64,000 nucleotides of DNA. Origin: Candidatus Omnitrophota bacterium. Its GTDB lineage: Bacteria; Omnitrophota; Gorgyraeia; Gygaellales; Profunditerraquicolaceae. The notes beneath the pieces were generated by a model, which had not been told where the DNA came from, did no database searches, and saw only the letters and a list, made by a program, of their open reading frames with translations. Location of the stretch: NCBI GenBank assembly GCA_003598025.1, contig QZKH01000006.1:44035-108034 (forward strand), given 5' to 3'. Position 1 is the stretch's first letter. Every line of letters starts with the position of its first letter. Positions 1-9,696 of this stretch are shown piece by piece. The position numbers were made by a program, and so were the translations under genes.

Positions 1-1
1 G

Positions 2-1984
2 TTGCGGAGCCTGCTAAAGTTTAAGGCTTCATCACAAGTGCCGATTGAGAAAGTCGAGCCCGTTAGTGAGATTGTTAGGCGTTTTGTTACCGGAGCAATG
101 AGTTTCGGCTCTATAAGCCGTTCCACCCATGAAACGATAGCAATAGCTATGAACAGGCTCAAAGGGAAATCTAATACCGGAGAAGGCGGAGAAGACCCTG
201 TGAGATTTATTCCTCTGCCTGATGGGGATTCGCGCAGAAGCGCTATAAAACAGGTCGCTTCCGGTAGGTTTGGGGTAACGACGAATTATCTGATTAATGC
301 CGATGAATTACAGATTAAGATTGCCCAGGGTGCAAAGCCTGGAGAGGGAGGGCAGCTGCCAGGGCATAAGGTCAGCGCAATAATTGCGAAGACACGTTAT
401 ACCACTCCGGGAGTCACTTTAATATCGCCTCCTCCTCATCACGATATATATTCTATAGAAGACCTGGCACAATTAATATTCGACTTGAAGAATGCTAATC
501 CAAATGCCCGCATAAGTGTAAAGCTGGTCTCAGAAATAGGAGTAGGCACAATTGCAGCAGGGGTGGCTAAGGGACATGCTGATATGATTCTCATTTCCGG
601 AGGCGATGGAGGCACAGGAGCGTCTCCTCTAAGTTCTATAAAGCATGCTGGCCTTCCGTGGGAATTAGGCCTTTCTGAAACACATCAGACATTGGTGCTT
701 AATGATTTAAGAAGCCGCCTCAGGCTTCAGACTGATGGCCAGATGCGCACAGGAAGAGATTTGGCTATCGCAGCTATTTTAGGTGCTGAAGAATTTGGTT
801 TTTGTACTTCTGCGCTAATAGTCTTAGGATGTGTTATGCTCAGGCATTGCCATCTGAACAATTGTTCGGTAGGAGTGGCTACTCAGGATGAGATTCTGGA
901 AAAGCGGTTTAACGGAAGGCCTGAATATCTGGTTAATTATTTTACTTTCGTTGCTGAAGAGCTGCGCCAGATTATGAGCGGTTTAGGCGTATATAGGATT
1001 GACGAAATGATAGGCAGGACTGAATTGCTTGAGGCAGATAAGGGGATTATCCCCTGGAAAGCAAAAGGCATAGATCTATCGAAAATCCTCTATAAGCCAA
1101 AAACAGAGATGGACTCTTCGATAAGATGTACGATGGCGCAGGATCACGGGATAGATAATATATTAGATTTAGAGCTGATAAAGCTCGCTGAAGAAGCACT
1201 CACCAGGCAGAAGCCGGTTTCCGCTGAATTGCCGATCCATAATTTTAACAGGACTACCGGAGCTATGTTGAGCGGCCAGGTTTGTAAGCGTTATGGCGAT
1301 TCCGGATTGCCTGAAGATACAATAAATTTCGCATTTAAAGGTACAGCCGGCCAAAGTTTCGGGGCATTTCTTGCCAGAGGTATTACTTTTAAACTTGAAG
1401 GCATGGCTAATGATTATGTAGGCAAAGGTATTTTTGGCGGAAAGATAATCATTTATCCGGATAGAACTGTAACTTATGATGCCGGCAGTAATATTATTAT
1501 CGGAAATACCACTTTTTACGGAGCAATAAACGGTCAGGCATACATAAGAGGGATTGCCGGAGAAAGATTCTGTATAAGGAATTCCGGGCTCAGTGCTGTT
1601 GTTGAGGGTGTAGGCGACCATGGTTGTGAGTATATGACCGGAGGCATTGTTGTCGTATTGGGCAGGACAGGGATGAATTTCGCTGCGGGTATGTCTGGAG
1701 GAATCGCATATATTTACGATGATAATGTTGAATTCAAGGATAAATGCAATATGAGTATGGTAGAGCTTGAGACGCCGGGGCAGGATGACCTTGAAACAAT
1801 ATCAAAACTGCTTAATAACCACTACAGATATACGCAGAGCCCGGTTGCCAGGGGAATAATGGATGATTTTAAAAAGAAATCAAAAAATTTCATCAAGGTA
1901 ATGCCGATTGAATATAAGCGGATAATAACAGAAGAAAAAGTAATAGAGAAGAAACTTAATTTGCTTGAGGTATCCGATGGGTGA
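2..1984 (+). CDS. gltB: Glutamate synthase large subunit, C-terminal part. The FMN-binding domain and the GXGXG domain are present; the 5' end lies before the window.
   Basis: The [15 protein letters not shown]-domain motif and the C-terminal GXGXG beta-helix region ([21 protein letters not shown]) are present. The ORF runs off the window start. It overlaps the downstream gltD start by 20 nt. Confidence 0.9.
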   Translation: MRSLLKFKASSQVPIEKVEPVSEIVRRFVTGAMSFGSISRSTHETIAIAMNRLKGKSNTGEGGEDPVRFIPLPDGDSRRSAIKQVASGRFGVTTNYLINADELQIKIAQGAKPGEGGQLPGHKVSAIIAKTRYTTPGVTLISPPPHHDIYSIEDLAQLIFDLKNANPNARISVKLVSEIGVGTIAAGVAKGHADMILISGGDGGTGASPLSSIKHAGLPWELGLSETHQTLVLNDLRSRLRLQTDGQMRTGRDLAIAAILGAEEFGFCTSALIVLGCVMLRHCHLNNCSVGVATQDEILEKRFNGRPEYLVNYFTFVAEELRQIMSGLGVYRIDEMIGRTELLEADKGIIPWKAKGIDLSKILYKPKTEMDSSIRCTMAQDHGIDNILDLELIKLAEEALTRQKPVSAELPIHNFNRTTGAMLSGQVCKRYGDSGLPEDTINFAFKGTAGQSFGAFLARGITFKLEGMANDYVGKGIFGGKIIIYPDRTVTYDAGSNIIIGNTTFYGAINGQAYIRGIAGERFCIRNSGLSAVVEGVGDHGCEYMTGGIVVVLGRTGMNFAAGMSGGIAYIYDDNVEFKDKCNMSMVELETPGQDDLETISKLLNNHYRYTQSPVARGIMDDFKKKSKNFIKVMPIEYKRIITEEKVIEKKLNLLEVSDG

Positions 1985-3419
1985 TATAAAAGGTTTTCTA
2001 AAAGTAGGCAGGAAAAGTCTTGAATACAGGCCGGTCTGCGAAAGAGTCAAAGATTACCGCGAGGTATCTTTGCCTAAAAAAGAAAATGTTTCCCGGGAAC
2101 AAGCCAGCCGTTGTATGGACTGCGGCGTTCCTTTCTGCCAATGGGGTTGCCCGATAGGCAATCTTATCCCGGAGTGGAATGATTTGGTTTTTCACGGGCA
2201 TTGGGAAAAGGCATTAAATTTATTGAGGGCTACTAATAATCTGCCTGAAGTAACAGGGAGGATTTGCCCTGCGCCATGTGAATATTCATGCGTTTTGGGG
2301 ATTAACGATGACCCCGTAACTATACGCGATAACGAACTGGCAATTATCGAGTATGGATTTAAAAAAAACCTGGTAAATCCCAATCCGCCCAGAAAAAGAA
2401 CAGGTAAGAATGTAGCTATTGTTGGTTCGGGACCAAGCGGCCTTGCCTGCGCAGATCAGTTAAACCAGGCCGGGCACAGTGTTTTTGTCTTTGAAAAGGA
2501 CGATAAAGCCGGCGGGATAATGCGTTACGGCATACCGGACTTCAAATTGGATAAAAGCGTACTGGATCGCAGGATTAAAATACTGCAGGAAGAGGGGGTT
2601 ACTTTTATTACCGGTATAAATGTAGGCAGCATGAATAACAATAAATATATTAATAAAGATTTTGATGCTGTTTGCCTGGCTTGCGGAAGCAGGGTTCCCA
2701 GGGATCTGAATATAGAAGGAAGGGAGTTATCGGGTATATATTTTGCCATGGATTATCTGGTACAGGCAAATAGGGTAAATGCGGGTTACAGAATTGAAGA
2801 TTCTAAGGTTATTTCTGCTAAAGGTAAGCGCGTAGTCGTCATTGGCGGAGGAGACACCGGGGCTGATTGTGTAGGCGTGGCAAATAGGCAGGGAGCAAAT
2901 TGCATAATACAAATTGAGGTTATGCCTGAGCCGCCGGCTTGCCGCGATTCAGAGATGCCCTGGCCAAAATATCCTTTGTTATTGCGCACATCTACCAGCC
3001 ACCAGGAGGGAGGCGAAAGGAAGTGGGCTATTCTTACCAAGAAATTTATTGGGCAGGACAAAAAGGTAAGAAAATTATCCTGTGTTAAAGTTGAATTTAC
3101 TAAAGACAGCAGGCATTGCAATGTAATGAAAGAAGTCCCCGGCTCAAGTTTTGAGATAGAAGCAGATCTTGTTATTTTAGCTTTAGGGTTTCTGCACCCC
3201 GAAAAAAACGGGTTGGTTAAAAGCCTGGGGTTAGCTTTAGATGAGAGGCAGAATATCAAAACCGATAGTCAATATATGACTTCATCTAAAGGTATTTTTT
3301 GCGCCGGAGATATGCGCAGGGGTCAATCGTTGATTGTATGGGCTATATCAGAAGGAAGAAGAGCTGCATATTGTATAGATAAGTTTTTAATGGGCCAGAG
3401 CGAGTTGCCGATTATTTAG
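1965..3419 (+). CDS. gltD: Glutamate synthase small subunit (NADPH-dependent, FAD/Fe-S).
   Basis: N-terminal Cys cluster [14 protein letters not shown], Rossmann motif [14 protein letters not shown] and C-terminal FCAGD motif, all typical of GltD. Confidence 0.9.
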   Translation: MRYPMGDIKGFLKVGRKSLEYRPVCERVKDYREVSLPKKENVSREQASRCMDCGVPFCQWGCPIGNLIPEWNDLVFHGHWEKALNLLRATNNLPEVTGRICPAPCEYSCVLGINDDPVTIRDNELAIIEYGFKKNLVNPNPPRKRTGKNVAIVGSGPSGLACADQLNQAGHSVFVFEKDDKAGGIMRYGIPDFKLDKSVLDRRIKILQEEGVTFITGINVGSMNNNKYINKDFDAVCLACGSRVPRDLNIEGRELSGIYFAMDYLVQANRVNAGYRIEDSKVISAKGKRVVVIGGGDTGADCVGVANRQGANCIIQIEVMPEPPACRDSEMPWPKYPLLLRTSTSHQEGGERKWAILTKKFIGQDKKVRKLSCVKVEFTKDSRHCNVMKEVPGSSFEIEADLVILALGFLHPEKNGLVKSLGLALDERQNIKTDSQYMTSSKGIFCAGDMRRGQSLIVWAISEGRRAAYCIDKFLMGQSELPII

Positions 3420-3431
3420 ATCTAATTAGAG

Positions 3432-3504
3432 GTTAGTTCATAGTTCATTGTTCATAGAATATGCCATATCCATAAACCATCAACTATGAACCATGAACTA
3501 ATAT
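3432..3504. repeat. GTTCAT/ATGAAC palindromic intergenic element (family 1), copy A.
   Basis: gttcatagttcattgttcatag...ccatatccataaaccatcaactatgaaccatgaactaatat. The core is shared almost identically with the copies at 22333-22477 and 62195-62273. Confidence 0.8.
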
Positions 3505-3541
3505 TCCTTGCCATTTCCCCATATTTATGTAAAATTTACTC

Positions 3542-4075
3542 ATGCCTGTTATTAAATTAAAACCCGTCAAAGTAAGCCGCAAATTATTTAAGCTGCTAGA
3601 ACGCCGCAAACTAATAAAGACATTCTCGCCATCTAATAAGGTGTTAAATGTCAAACCCGGGCATGGTTATGTCGATACGGTATACGCTTGCTCTGAGGAA
3701 TATGGCCCGCATAAATTGATCTGCGTTGGTTTGAATTCCAGTAAAATCAGGCTGGCTTCGCATCCGGATAAAGAAGATTTTATTCTTATTAATAATATCC
3801 GGAAGTCAAAACCTTTATATATTGTGATAGGCTTGTATAAGCATGATATCATTCAGAATAAGGTTAAATCAGGTAAATTAACCGCTAAAGATTTCATTAT
3901 GTTAAATATCAAGCACAATGATATCCATACCTGTGTTTTTACCATGCTCGAAGGGACTGTGCATTGGGAAGCTACGACTAAGGGAAGGGGCAATTCTCCG
4001 TTTTTCTTTGTAACTGAACCCGCCAGACTAAGAATGGATTTCATAGACTTGTGCGAGTATAAGGTGGAGATATAA
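3542..4075 (+). CDS. Hypothetical protein, 177 aa, AT-rich orphan ORF with no recognisable domain.
   Basis: Clean ORF, but no Shine-Dalgarno-like motif (AAGGAG/GGAGG-type) was seen upstream of the ATG. Composition is AT-rich relative to neighbours. It is bracketed on both sides by GTTCAT-type repeat elements (3432-3504 and 4089-4327). Confidence 0.45.
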   Translation: MPVIKLKPVKVSRKLFKLLERRKLIKTFSPSNKVLNVKPGHGYVDTVYACSEEYGPHKLICVGLNSSKIRLASHPDKEDFILINNIRKSKPLYIVIGLYKHDIIQNKVKSGKLTAKDFIMLNIKHNDIHTCVFTMLEGTVHWEATTKGRGNSPFFFVTEPARLRMDFIDLCEYKVEI

Positions 4076-4088
4076 TATTGGTTCATGG

Positions 4089-4327
4089 TTCATAGAATAT
4101 GGAGAGTAGCTAGTCACAAAGACACAAGGACGCAAGGACACAAAGCCACAAGAAAAGCATAGTTTAATCGTTGATTCGTTTAATAGTTTATTCGTTAATC
4201 TAGGCTTCTTCGGTTCAACGAGTCAACTAGTCAACGGGTAAACGAATAAGAAGAAATAGGTTCTTAAGATCGTTATAAAGACACCTTACGCACTACGCTA
4301 TACGCAATACGAACTGTGAACTAATAT
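4089..4327. repeat. Composite element. A family-1 arm and a family-2 CACAAGGACA repeat (4122-4166) are interrupted by a nested approx 105-nt inverted-repeat insertion (4170-4276) and then resume (4277-4327) with ...CGCTATACGCAATACGAACTGTGAACTAATAT.
   Basis: Family-2 halves match 42784-42860 and 48772-48850. The inserted segment has its own arms (ttattcgttaat ... aaacgaataag). Confidence 0.7.
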
Positions 4328-4330
4328 CCC

Positions 4331-4358
4331 TTGACACTTTAATTTTTTAAGATAATAT
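4331..4358 (+). promoter_or_regulatory. Candidate sigma70-type promoter (TTGACA-16-TAATAT) for the gltB-paralog gene, leaving a approx 165-nt leader.
   Basis: cccTTGACActttaattttttaagaTAATATcat immediately after the repeat terminus gaactaatat. Confidence 0.4.
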
Positions 4359-4523
4359 CATTATAAGTATTTGAAGTGGCCTTAAGAAGCGAAGTTGCTT
4401 TATTAGGTCTAAGACAAAGACGTCCGCAAATATAAAGGGAGGTCTTTTTTATTTTTTTGGCCTTAGTTGCATAACATATAGGCAACATCTGCCTATAATA
4501 TAGTCAGAGAAAGGAGAATAGCT

Positions 4524-6110
4524 ATGAATCTAAGGACTCCTGGCGGAAATGATGCCAGCAGAACGTTTAATCGTTCCAAAAATGTAGTGCCTTGTTCCGG
4601 ATTATGTTCAAGGTGTCTTGAGTCATGCAGGGGTAATTGCGAGGTCTTCAAGTCTTCTTTTAGAGGCAGGGAAGTTATATATCCAGGGCCTTTTGGGGAG
4701 GTAACAGCCGGAGGCGATAAGGATTACCCGGTTGATTATTCACATATTAACATACATGGCTATGCCCAGGGAGCAAAAGGTTTACCCAAGGGTGTTAGCG
4801 CAGGCCCTGATACGGCAATATTCCCGGCAGTAGATACTCAGACCGAATACGGCTGGGATAAAAAAGTAAAAATGAAGGCGCCTATTTTTACCGGCGCTTT
4901 AGGTTCAACTGAAATCGCCCGTAAAAATTGGGAGCATTTTGCGATTGGCGCTGCTATTTCAGGCGTAACAATTGTATGCGGCGAGAACGTTTGCGGGATT
5001 GACCCTAAACTGGAGTTAGACAGCAAAGGAAAGGTCGCAAGCGCCCCTGATATGGACAGGAGAATAGAAGTCTATAAGAGATTTCATGACGGCTATGGCG
5101 AAATTCTAGTGCAGATGAACGTTGAGGATACAAGGCTTGGAGTCGCTGAATATGTACACAAAAAACATAAGCTTGATACCATTGAATTAAAATGGGGGCA
5201 GGGTGCTAAGTGTATCGGCGGTGAAATAAAAGTTAAAAGCCTTGAAAGAGCGTTAGAATTAAAGAAAAGAGGTTATATAGTCACCCCTGATCCTACGATA
5301 AAGGCGAATCAGGAAGCTTTTAAAGCCGGGGCAATCAAAGAGTTTGAAAGGCATTCGCGCCTCGGATTTGTTTCAGAGGAAGCCTTTATGAAGGAAGTCA
5401 AGCGTTTAAGGGATATAGGTTTTAAGAGAGTTACATTAAAAACAGGCGCTTATTCCATGGTTGAGCTTGCCCAGGCAATAAAGTTTTCTTCGCAGGCCAA
5501 AATCGACCTTTTGACTATCGATGGAGCCCCCGGCGGCACAGGTATGAGCCCATGGAGGATGATGCAGGAGTGGGGTATACCTACATTCTATCTGCAGGCT
5601 TTAGCTTATGAATTCTGCGAGAAGCTGGCTAAAAAGAAAAAGAGAGTTCCGGATATAGCTATTGCCGGAGGATTCGCTTTAGAAGACCATGTCTTTAAGG
5701 CTATAGCAATGGGCGCTCCTTATGTAAAAGCAGTATGCATGGGAAGGGCGCTTATGATACCCGGATTCGTTGGGAAAAACATAACAGAATGGATTAAAGG
5801 TAATACTTTACCGCCCACGGTGTCTGAATTCGGAAAAACCCCCGAGGAAATCTTTGTCTGTTATGAAGAGCTCTCCGAAAAATATGGCAATGATATGAAA
5901 GATATCCCGTTAGGAGCAGTTGCCATCTACACTTTCTCGCAACGTATAAAAGTAGGTCTTCAGCAGCTTATGGCAGGCTCGCGGAACTTTAACTTGAGTA
6001 CGATCTCAAGGAAGGATTTAATGAGTTTGACAAAGGAAGCTGAAGAGGTTAGCGGCATTCCTTATGTTATGGATGCTTATAGGAAAGAAGCAGAGAAAAT
6101 ATTAGCATAA
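4524..6110 (+). CDS. Standalone glutamate-synthase-family FMN-domain protein with a Cys-rich N-terminus (probable Fe-S site).
   Basis: LTIDGAPGGTGMSP matches the GltS FMN-domain signature ([12 protein letters not shown]). N-terminal CSGLCSRCLESCRGNC Cys cluster. Strong RBS AAAGGAGAA upstream of the ATG. Confidence 0.75.
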   Translation: MNLRTPGGNDASRTFNRSKNVVPCSGLCSRCLESCRGNCEVFKSSFRGREVIYPGPFGEVTAGGDKDYPVDYSHINIHGYAQGAKGLPKGVSAGPDTAIFPAVDTQTEYGWDKKVKMKAPIFTGALGSTEIARKNWEHFAIGAAISGVTIVCGENVCGIDPKLELDSKGKVASAPDMDRRIEVYKRFHDGYGEILVQMNVEDTRLGVAEYVHKKHKLDTIELKWGQGAKCIGGEIKVKSLERALELKKRGYIVTPDPTIKANQEAFKAGAIKEFERHSRLGFVSEEAFMKEVKRLRDIGFKRVTLKTGAYSMVELAQAIKFSSQAKIDLLTIDGAPGGTGMSPWRMMQEWGIPTFYLQALAYEFCEKLAKKKKRVPDIAIAGGFALEDHVFKAIAMGAPYVKAVCMGRALMIPGFVGKNITEWIKGNTLPPTVSEFGKTPEEIFVCYEELSEKYGNDMKDIPLGAVAIYTFSQRIKVGLQQLMAGSRNFNLSTISRKDLMSLTKEAEEVSGIPYVMDAYRKEAEKILA

Positions 6111-6130
6111 TTTTCTTTGCGAAGCAAAAT

Positions 6131-6168
6131 TAAAGCGCCTTGTCTTACTGACAGGGCGCTTTAATTTT
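6131..6168 (+). terminator. Rho-independent terminator after the gltB-paralog gene.
   Basis: aaagcgccttgtcttactgacagggcgcttt followed by aatttta. 8-11 bp GC-containing stem. Confidence 0.5.
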
Positions 6169-6287
6169 ATCAAGATTTAATCGGTAAGCCAGCCGATAAA
6201 ATTACAAATCTCAACTCACAAATCACAAGCCCAAGATGTAATATTTATGGCTTTAAATTTCGATTATATGGTAGTAAAATACTTGAG

Positions 6288-8237
6288 ATGGATAAGCATG
6301 CCGCCATAGATAATTTCCTTAGAAATCTCAGGATGGTCCTTAATAATGCTTTTATGTATAATAAGGAACATCCTTATTTTCTTAAATCAGTAGATTTGTT
6401 TAAAGGCAGCCTGGATGCCTTGTTTTCTTTAATCTCCCCCCTGAAAATCGGATTTACTCCTTCCTCGCTGTTTATCGGAAGCGAACATTTAGAAAGCCAG
6501 CCTTTGTATGAAGAAATAGCCAGAATATTCCATAACCGTAAGATTAAGAGCATCGAGATAAAAGATAATGTTACCACGGAAGAATTGGTTGATTTTCTCT
6601 CTACGGTAACCATGCCTGTCAGGGATTTGATCCAGCAAGGTAACATAAGGGCAATCTTTAATAAAGCAAAATTCCCTGATTTTCTAGTCGAAGAACTCGA
6701 TTATTCCATATTTTTAAGCGAGCAAGGAAGCGAACTTAAGGACCTATGGGGCAGCTTCTTGAGGGAAGCCGTTGTTAATAACGATTCGGACAGGATAGCA
6801 GACCTATCCGATAACTTCGGTACTGTCGTAAGAAAACTGAGCAGTAAGGATTTCTTAGATGACCAGCGGCTGCAAGCAGACGTAAAAGATTTCCTTAAGC
6901 ATCTTAAGGAATCACAAAGGGATAAATTTTATCAGTGCTCAAAAGAGATATTCAAATGGGCTATGAATAATAAACATAATCTGGATAATGAGCAGCTTGA
7001 TAAGATGAAAGCCATGCTTAAAGAGCTTGAAGACAGTGAGTTTGCCCGTCTTTTTTCGGAAGAGATACTTGAAGACGATAAGTTTGATCTTTTAAGTTTC
7101 CAGCTTTTCTCCAGGTTTATAGTAGAAGGCAGGCATAATAATGTAAGCAACCATTTAGCTAACGACAAGGCATTAAAAGACAACCTTAAGGACAGCCTTT
7201 CCGTTAAGAACAAGGTAAAAGAGCTGCTCTCTGCCCCTGAGGCGGAGATGGGTACCTCTAAAATTTTTCACAACACGCTCAAAATTTTGCTTACAAACAT
7301 AACTTATGAAGAAGGCATTTATTTCGACAGGAAACTATTAGAGGTAAATTATCGTTTTGTGCTAGTATCGATTTTTAGCACGGAAGAGGAGATGGGTAAA
7401 TTAAAGATTGTCGCCAATAGGTTGTCTCAGGTAGTCGAGCATGATAAGCAGGACATGGATCTTGATTGGTTGGTCACGGTGCTTGAGGCAATCAACGCTA
7501 AAAAGAAAAACTTTAGCCGAGGTTATAAAGAATTCTCGGATTTAGAAAAAAGATTAGCTAACTTTGTTGAGACGATGTTTTGGCAGGGCAGCATTTCTTT
7601 ACAGATGCAGAAATTAGTTGATTCTCTGGAAGTAACATCCATGGATTCCCATTTTTACTTAGAAAAGATGTTCGTCTATGGCCAAATAAATCAAAATGCC
7701 ATTAAGCTCTTCCTCAGGTTCTTTCCTTCAGATATCGCAATCTTTTATAAGAATATACAAGACAATGCTTATAAGACTGAAATGATGGCTGTGTTAACCG
7801 AGGCATTAAAAGGGCTAAAACACCATCTCGTTTTGGATATCTTAAAGACCATTTATAGCACCCCCAACCAATTCTTAAAAATTGAGGCTCTCAGGGCCAT
7901 GGCGGATAATAAAATAATTGACCAGGCATTCCTCTTAAATGTGATATCAGGGCAGGATATTACTTTGAAAAAAGGGGCTGTATATGCGCTGCTTAACGAA
8001 TCTGAAAGCCTTAAAAAGGCAATAGCTATTCTTTTAGATATCCCCAGCCCATTTGGGATAAGAAATCATATTATTATTGAAAACCTGCAGATTGTTGATG
8101 AGCTTATTTTGAGAGAAGCAATCAACAGCGTTATCGGGCTAAGCAACAGGAGATTTTTCTGGAATAAGGCGCTGAGAGAAAAGGCAGCTCAAACCCTAAG
8201 GAAATTAAATGTTAGAACAGGTAGAGAAGGCATTTAA
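6288..8237 (+). CDS. Hypothetical 649-aa protein. The N-terminus resembles the DUF3391-type domain found in front of HD-GYP domains; the C-terminal third has HEAT/PBS-like helical repeats; there is no catalytic domain.
   Basis: The N-terminal approx 110 aa align position-by-position with the N-terminus of the downstream HD-GYP protein (F..L...L..A..Y...H..F..SVD..Y.SL pattern). C-terminal EALRAMADNK / AVYALLNES repeats. Confidence 0.5.
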   Translation: MDKHAAIDNFLRNLRMVLNNAFMYNKEHPYFLKSVDLFKGSLDALFSLISPLKIGFTPSSLFIGSEHLESQPLYEEIARIFHNRKIKSIEIKDNVTTEELVDFLSTVTMPVRDLIQQGNIRAIFNKAKFPDFLVEELDYSIFLSEQGSELKDLWGSFLREAVVNNDSDRIADLSDNFGTVVRKLSSKDFLDDQRLQADVKDFLKHLKESQRDKFYQCSKEIFKWAMNNKHNLDNEQLDKMKAMLKELEDSEFARLFSEEILEDDKFDLLSFQLFSRFIVEGRHNNVSNHLANDKALKDNLKDSLSVKNKVKELLSAPEAEMGTSKIFHNTLKILLTNITYEEGIYFDRKLLEVNYRFVLVSIFSTEEEMGKLKIVANRLSQVVEHDKQDMDLDWLVTVLEAINAKKKNFSRGYKEFSDLEKRLANFVETMFWQGSISLQMQKLVDSLEVTSMDSHFYLEKMFVYGQINQNAIKLFLRFFPSDIAIFYKNIQDNAYKTEMMAVLTEALKGLKHHLVLDILKTIYSTPNQFLKIEALRAMADNKIIDQAFLLNVISGQDITLKKGAVYALLNESESLKKAIAILLDIPSPFGIRNHIIIENLQIVDELILREAINSVIGLSNRRFFWNKALREKAAQTLRKLNVRTGREGI

Positions 8238-9543
8238 AGATTTACTGGCATCTTTGCAATTGGCTAAATTATACGGGATCCAGCATAAGATATTTAGAGA
8301 TTCTGTGGATAAAGCCTATTTAAGCCTGGCTAAGGCGCTGGAAGGAAGAAGCGAACTGGTTATAGGCATTATTGGCGAAGAGCTGGCTTTTGAAAAAGAG
8401 ATACTATTTGGATTAAGCAAGGCTATAGGCCCGGCAGTGGGTTATTTAAAGAACTTGGGTATTGAAAGGATATCATTCGGGAGCAATGTTCAGAAGGATG
8501 AACTTGAGAAATTCATTGAATTTTTGGCTTCCAAAAAAGATACTGCTATAGACCAGCAGGGGTTAGATTTCGGGTCTTTAGGCATAAGGAACATTGTCAT
8601 CGGGAAACTCACCGTTCTTGGTAAAGACAAAGTTGATGAGTTAGGCATAAAGGCCGTAGATTATATGAATATATACGGTTCGGCTGCTGATATGGCGCAT
8701 AAGTCTTTTTCTTCCATGCTTGAAGGAGAGGCGCTTGATGCCTTGGCGGTAAAGTTAGCGCTTAATAATATATTAGAGAACCTGGCAGTTTATCATAATG
8801 AATTTTTCAAGATTGTAGCCTTACGCCGGCATGACCCTCAGACGCACATACACCTTATTAATGTTGCGACAATAGCAATGTACTTTGCCTCCAGGCTTGG
8901 TTTTAGCAAGGCTGATATACTGGACATCGGGATGTCCGGATTATTCCATGATATCGGCAAACTCTATATCTCCCACGGGATACTTACTAAAACAGATAAG
9001 CTTACCAATGAGGAATTTGCAAAAATAAAGAGCCATACTATATTTGGCGCAGAAATTTTATTGGAACATATAGAATCACTGGGGATACTGCCTGCAGTTG
9101 TTTCTTTTGAGCACCATCTTAAGTACGATATGACAGGTTATCCCAGAGTTAACTATTCCCGCAGGCCCCATATAGCCTCTTTGATTGTTTCTATATGCGA
9201 TGTTTATGATGCTTTATTTTCAAGAAGGACATATAAAGAGGATTATTCGCCGGAAAACGTCTATAATATAATGATTAAGGATAAAAATACTGCTTTTGAA
9301 CCGCGCCTTGTAGAGAGATTTTTTAAAATAATGGGTGTTTGGTATATAGGCTGTGTGGTTTCCCTGAGCGATGGCAGGATTGCCGTAGTCCGGGAGCAGA
9401 ATGAAGACGATATCAGGAGGCCAAAAGTAGAGGTAGTTTTCCCTAAAGATAGAAAAGAATTTATTGATCTGAAAGAGAACTCATCGCTTGAGATAAAGCG
9501 CAGCCTTAATCCCTGGACGGAAGCCAGGGATTATGTGTCTTAG
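8209..9543 (+). CDS. HD-GYP domain phosphodiesterase (c-di-GMP family) with a DUF3391-like N-terminal domain.
   Basis: HDIGK metal-binding motif and HHLKYDMTGYPR (HD-GYP signature). Overlaps the upstream ORF by 29 nt in another frame. Confidence 0.8.
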   Translation: MLEQVEKAFKDLLASLQLAKLYGIQHKIFRDSVDKAYLSLAKALEGRSELVIGIIGEELAFEKEILFGLSKAIGPAVGYLKNLGIERISFGSNVQKDELEKFIEFLASKKDTAIDQQGLDFGSLGIRNIVIGKLTVLGKDKVDELGIKAVDYMNIYGSAADMAHKSFSSMLEGEALDALAVKLALNNILENLAVYHNEFFKIVALRRHDPQTHIHLINVATIAMYFASRLGFSKADILDIGMSGLFHDIGKLYISHGILTKTDKLTNEEFAKIKSHTIFGAEILLEHIESLGILPAVVSFEHHLKYDMTGYPRVNYSRRPHIASLIVSICDVYDALFSRRTYKEDYSPENVYNIMIKDKNTAFEPRLVERFFKIMGVWYIGCVVSLSDGRIAVVREQNEDDIRRPKVEVVFPKDRKEFIDLKENSSLEIKRSLNPWTEARDYVS

Positions 9544-9545
9544 TC

Positions 9546-9620
9546 CATAGTTCACAGATCACGGTTCACAGAAATATTTATCCATTCCCGTGAACTGTGC
9601 ACAGTGAACTATGAACCAAT
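9546..9620. repeat. Family-1 element, GTTCAC/GTGAAC variant, copy C.
   Basis: catagttcacagatcacggttcacag...cccgtgaactgtgcacagtgaactatgaacc. Left GTTCAC units mirrored by right GTGAAC units. Confidence 0.75.
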
Positions 9621-9631
9621 ACTTATTCCCA

Positions 9632-9659
9632 TTGACTTTTAAACCGGATATGTTATAAT
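9632..9659 (+). promoter_or_regulatory. Candidate promoter (TTGACT-16-TATAAT) for pyrG.
   Basis: cattgacttttaaaccggatatgttataatt, positioned approx 40 nt upstream of a terminator hairpin and approx 130 nt upstream of the pyrG ATG. Confidence 0.4.
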
Positions 9660-9696
9660 TATTTTAATAGTTCAATGCTGAGCTATTAATGACAAT

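Noticed and set aside
1169-1621. Many 60-190-aa ORFs on the opposite strand inside well-supported genes (for example 1169-1621, 2786-3259, 10026-10580, 14565-15128, 24697-25167, 30215-30583, 37799-38374, 62543-62899).
   Set aside because: They lie antisense within conserved housekeeping genes and have no RBS or motif. Their amino-acid composition is low-complexity (Ser/Leu/Pro-rich), as expected from reverse-frame translation of coding DNA. Treated as spurious.
4365-4523. A riboswitch in the approx 165-nt leader of the gltB-paralog gene.
   Set aside because: A U-rich tract follows GGGAGG (..aaagggaggtcttttttattttttt) but I could not find a convincing stem or any known riboswitch consensus. 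This may simply be an AT-rich spacer.
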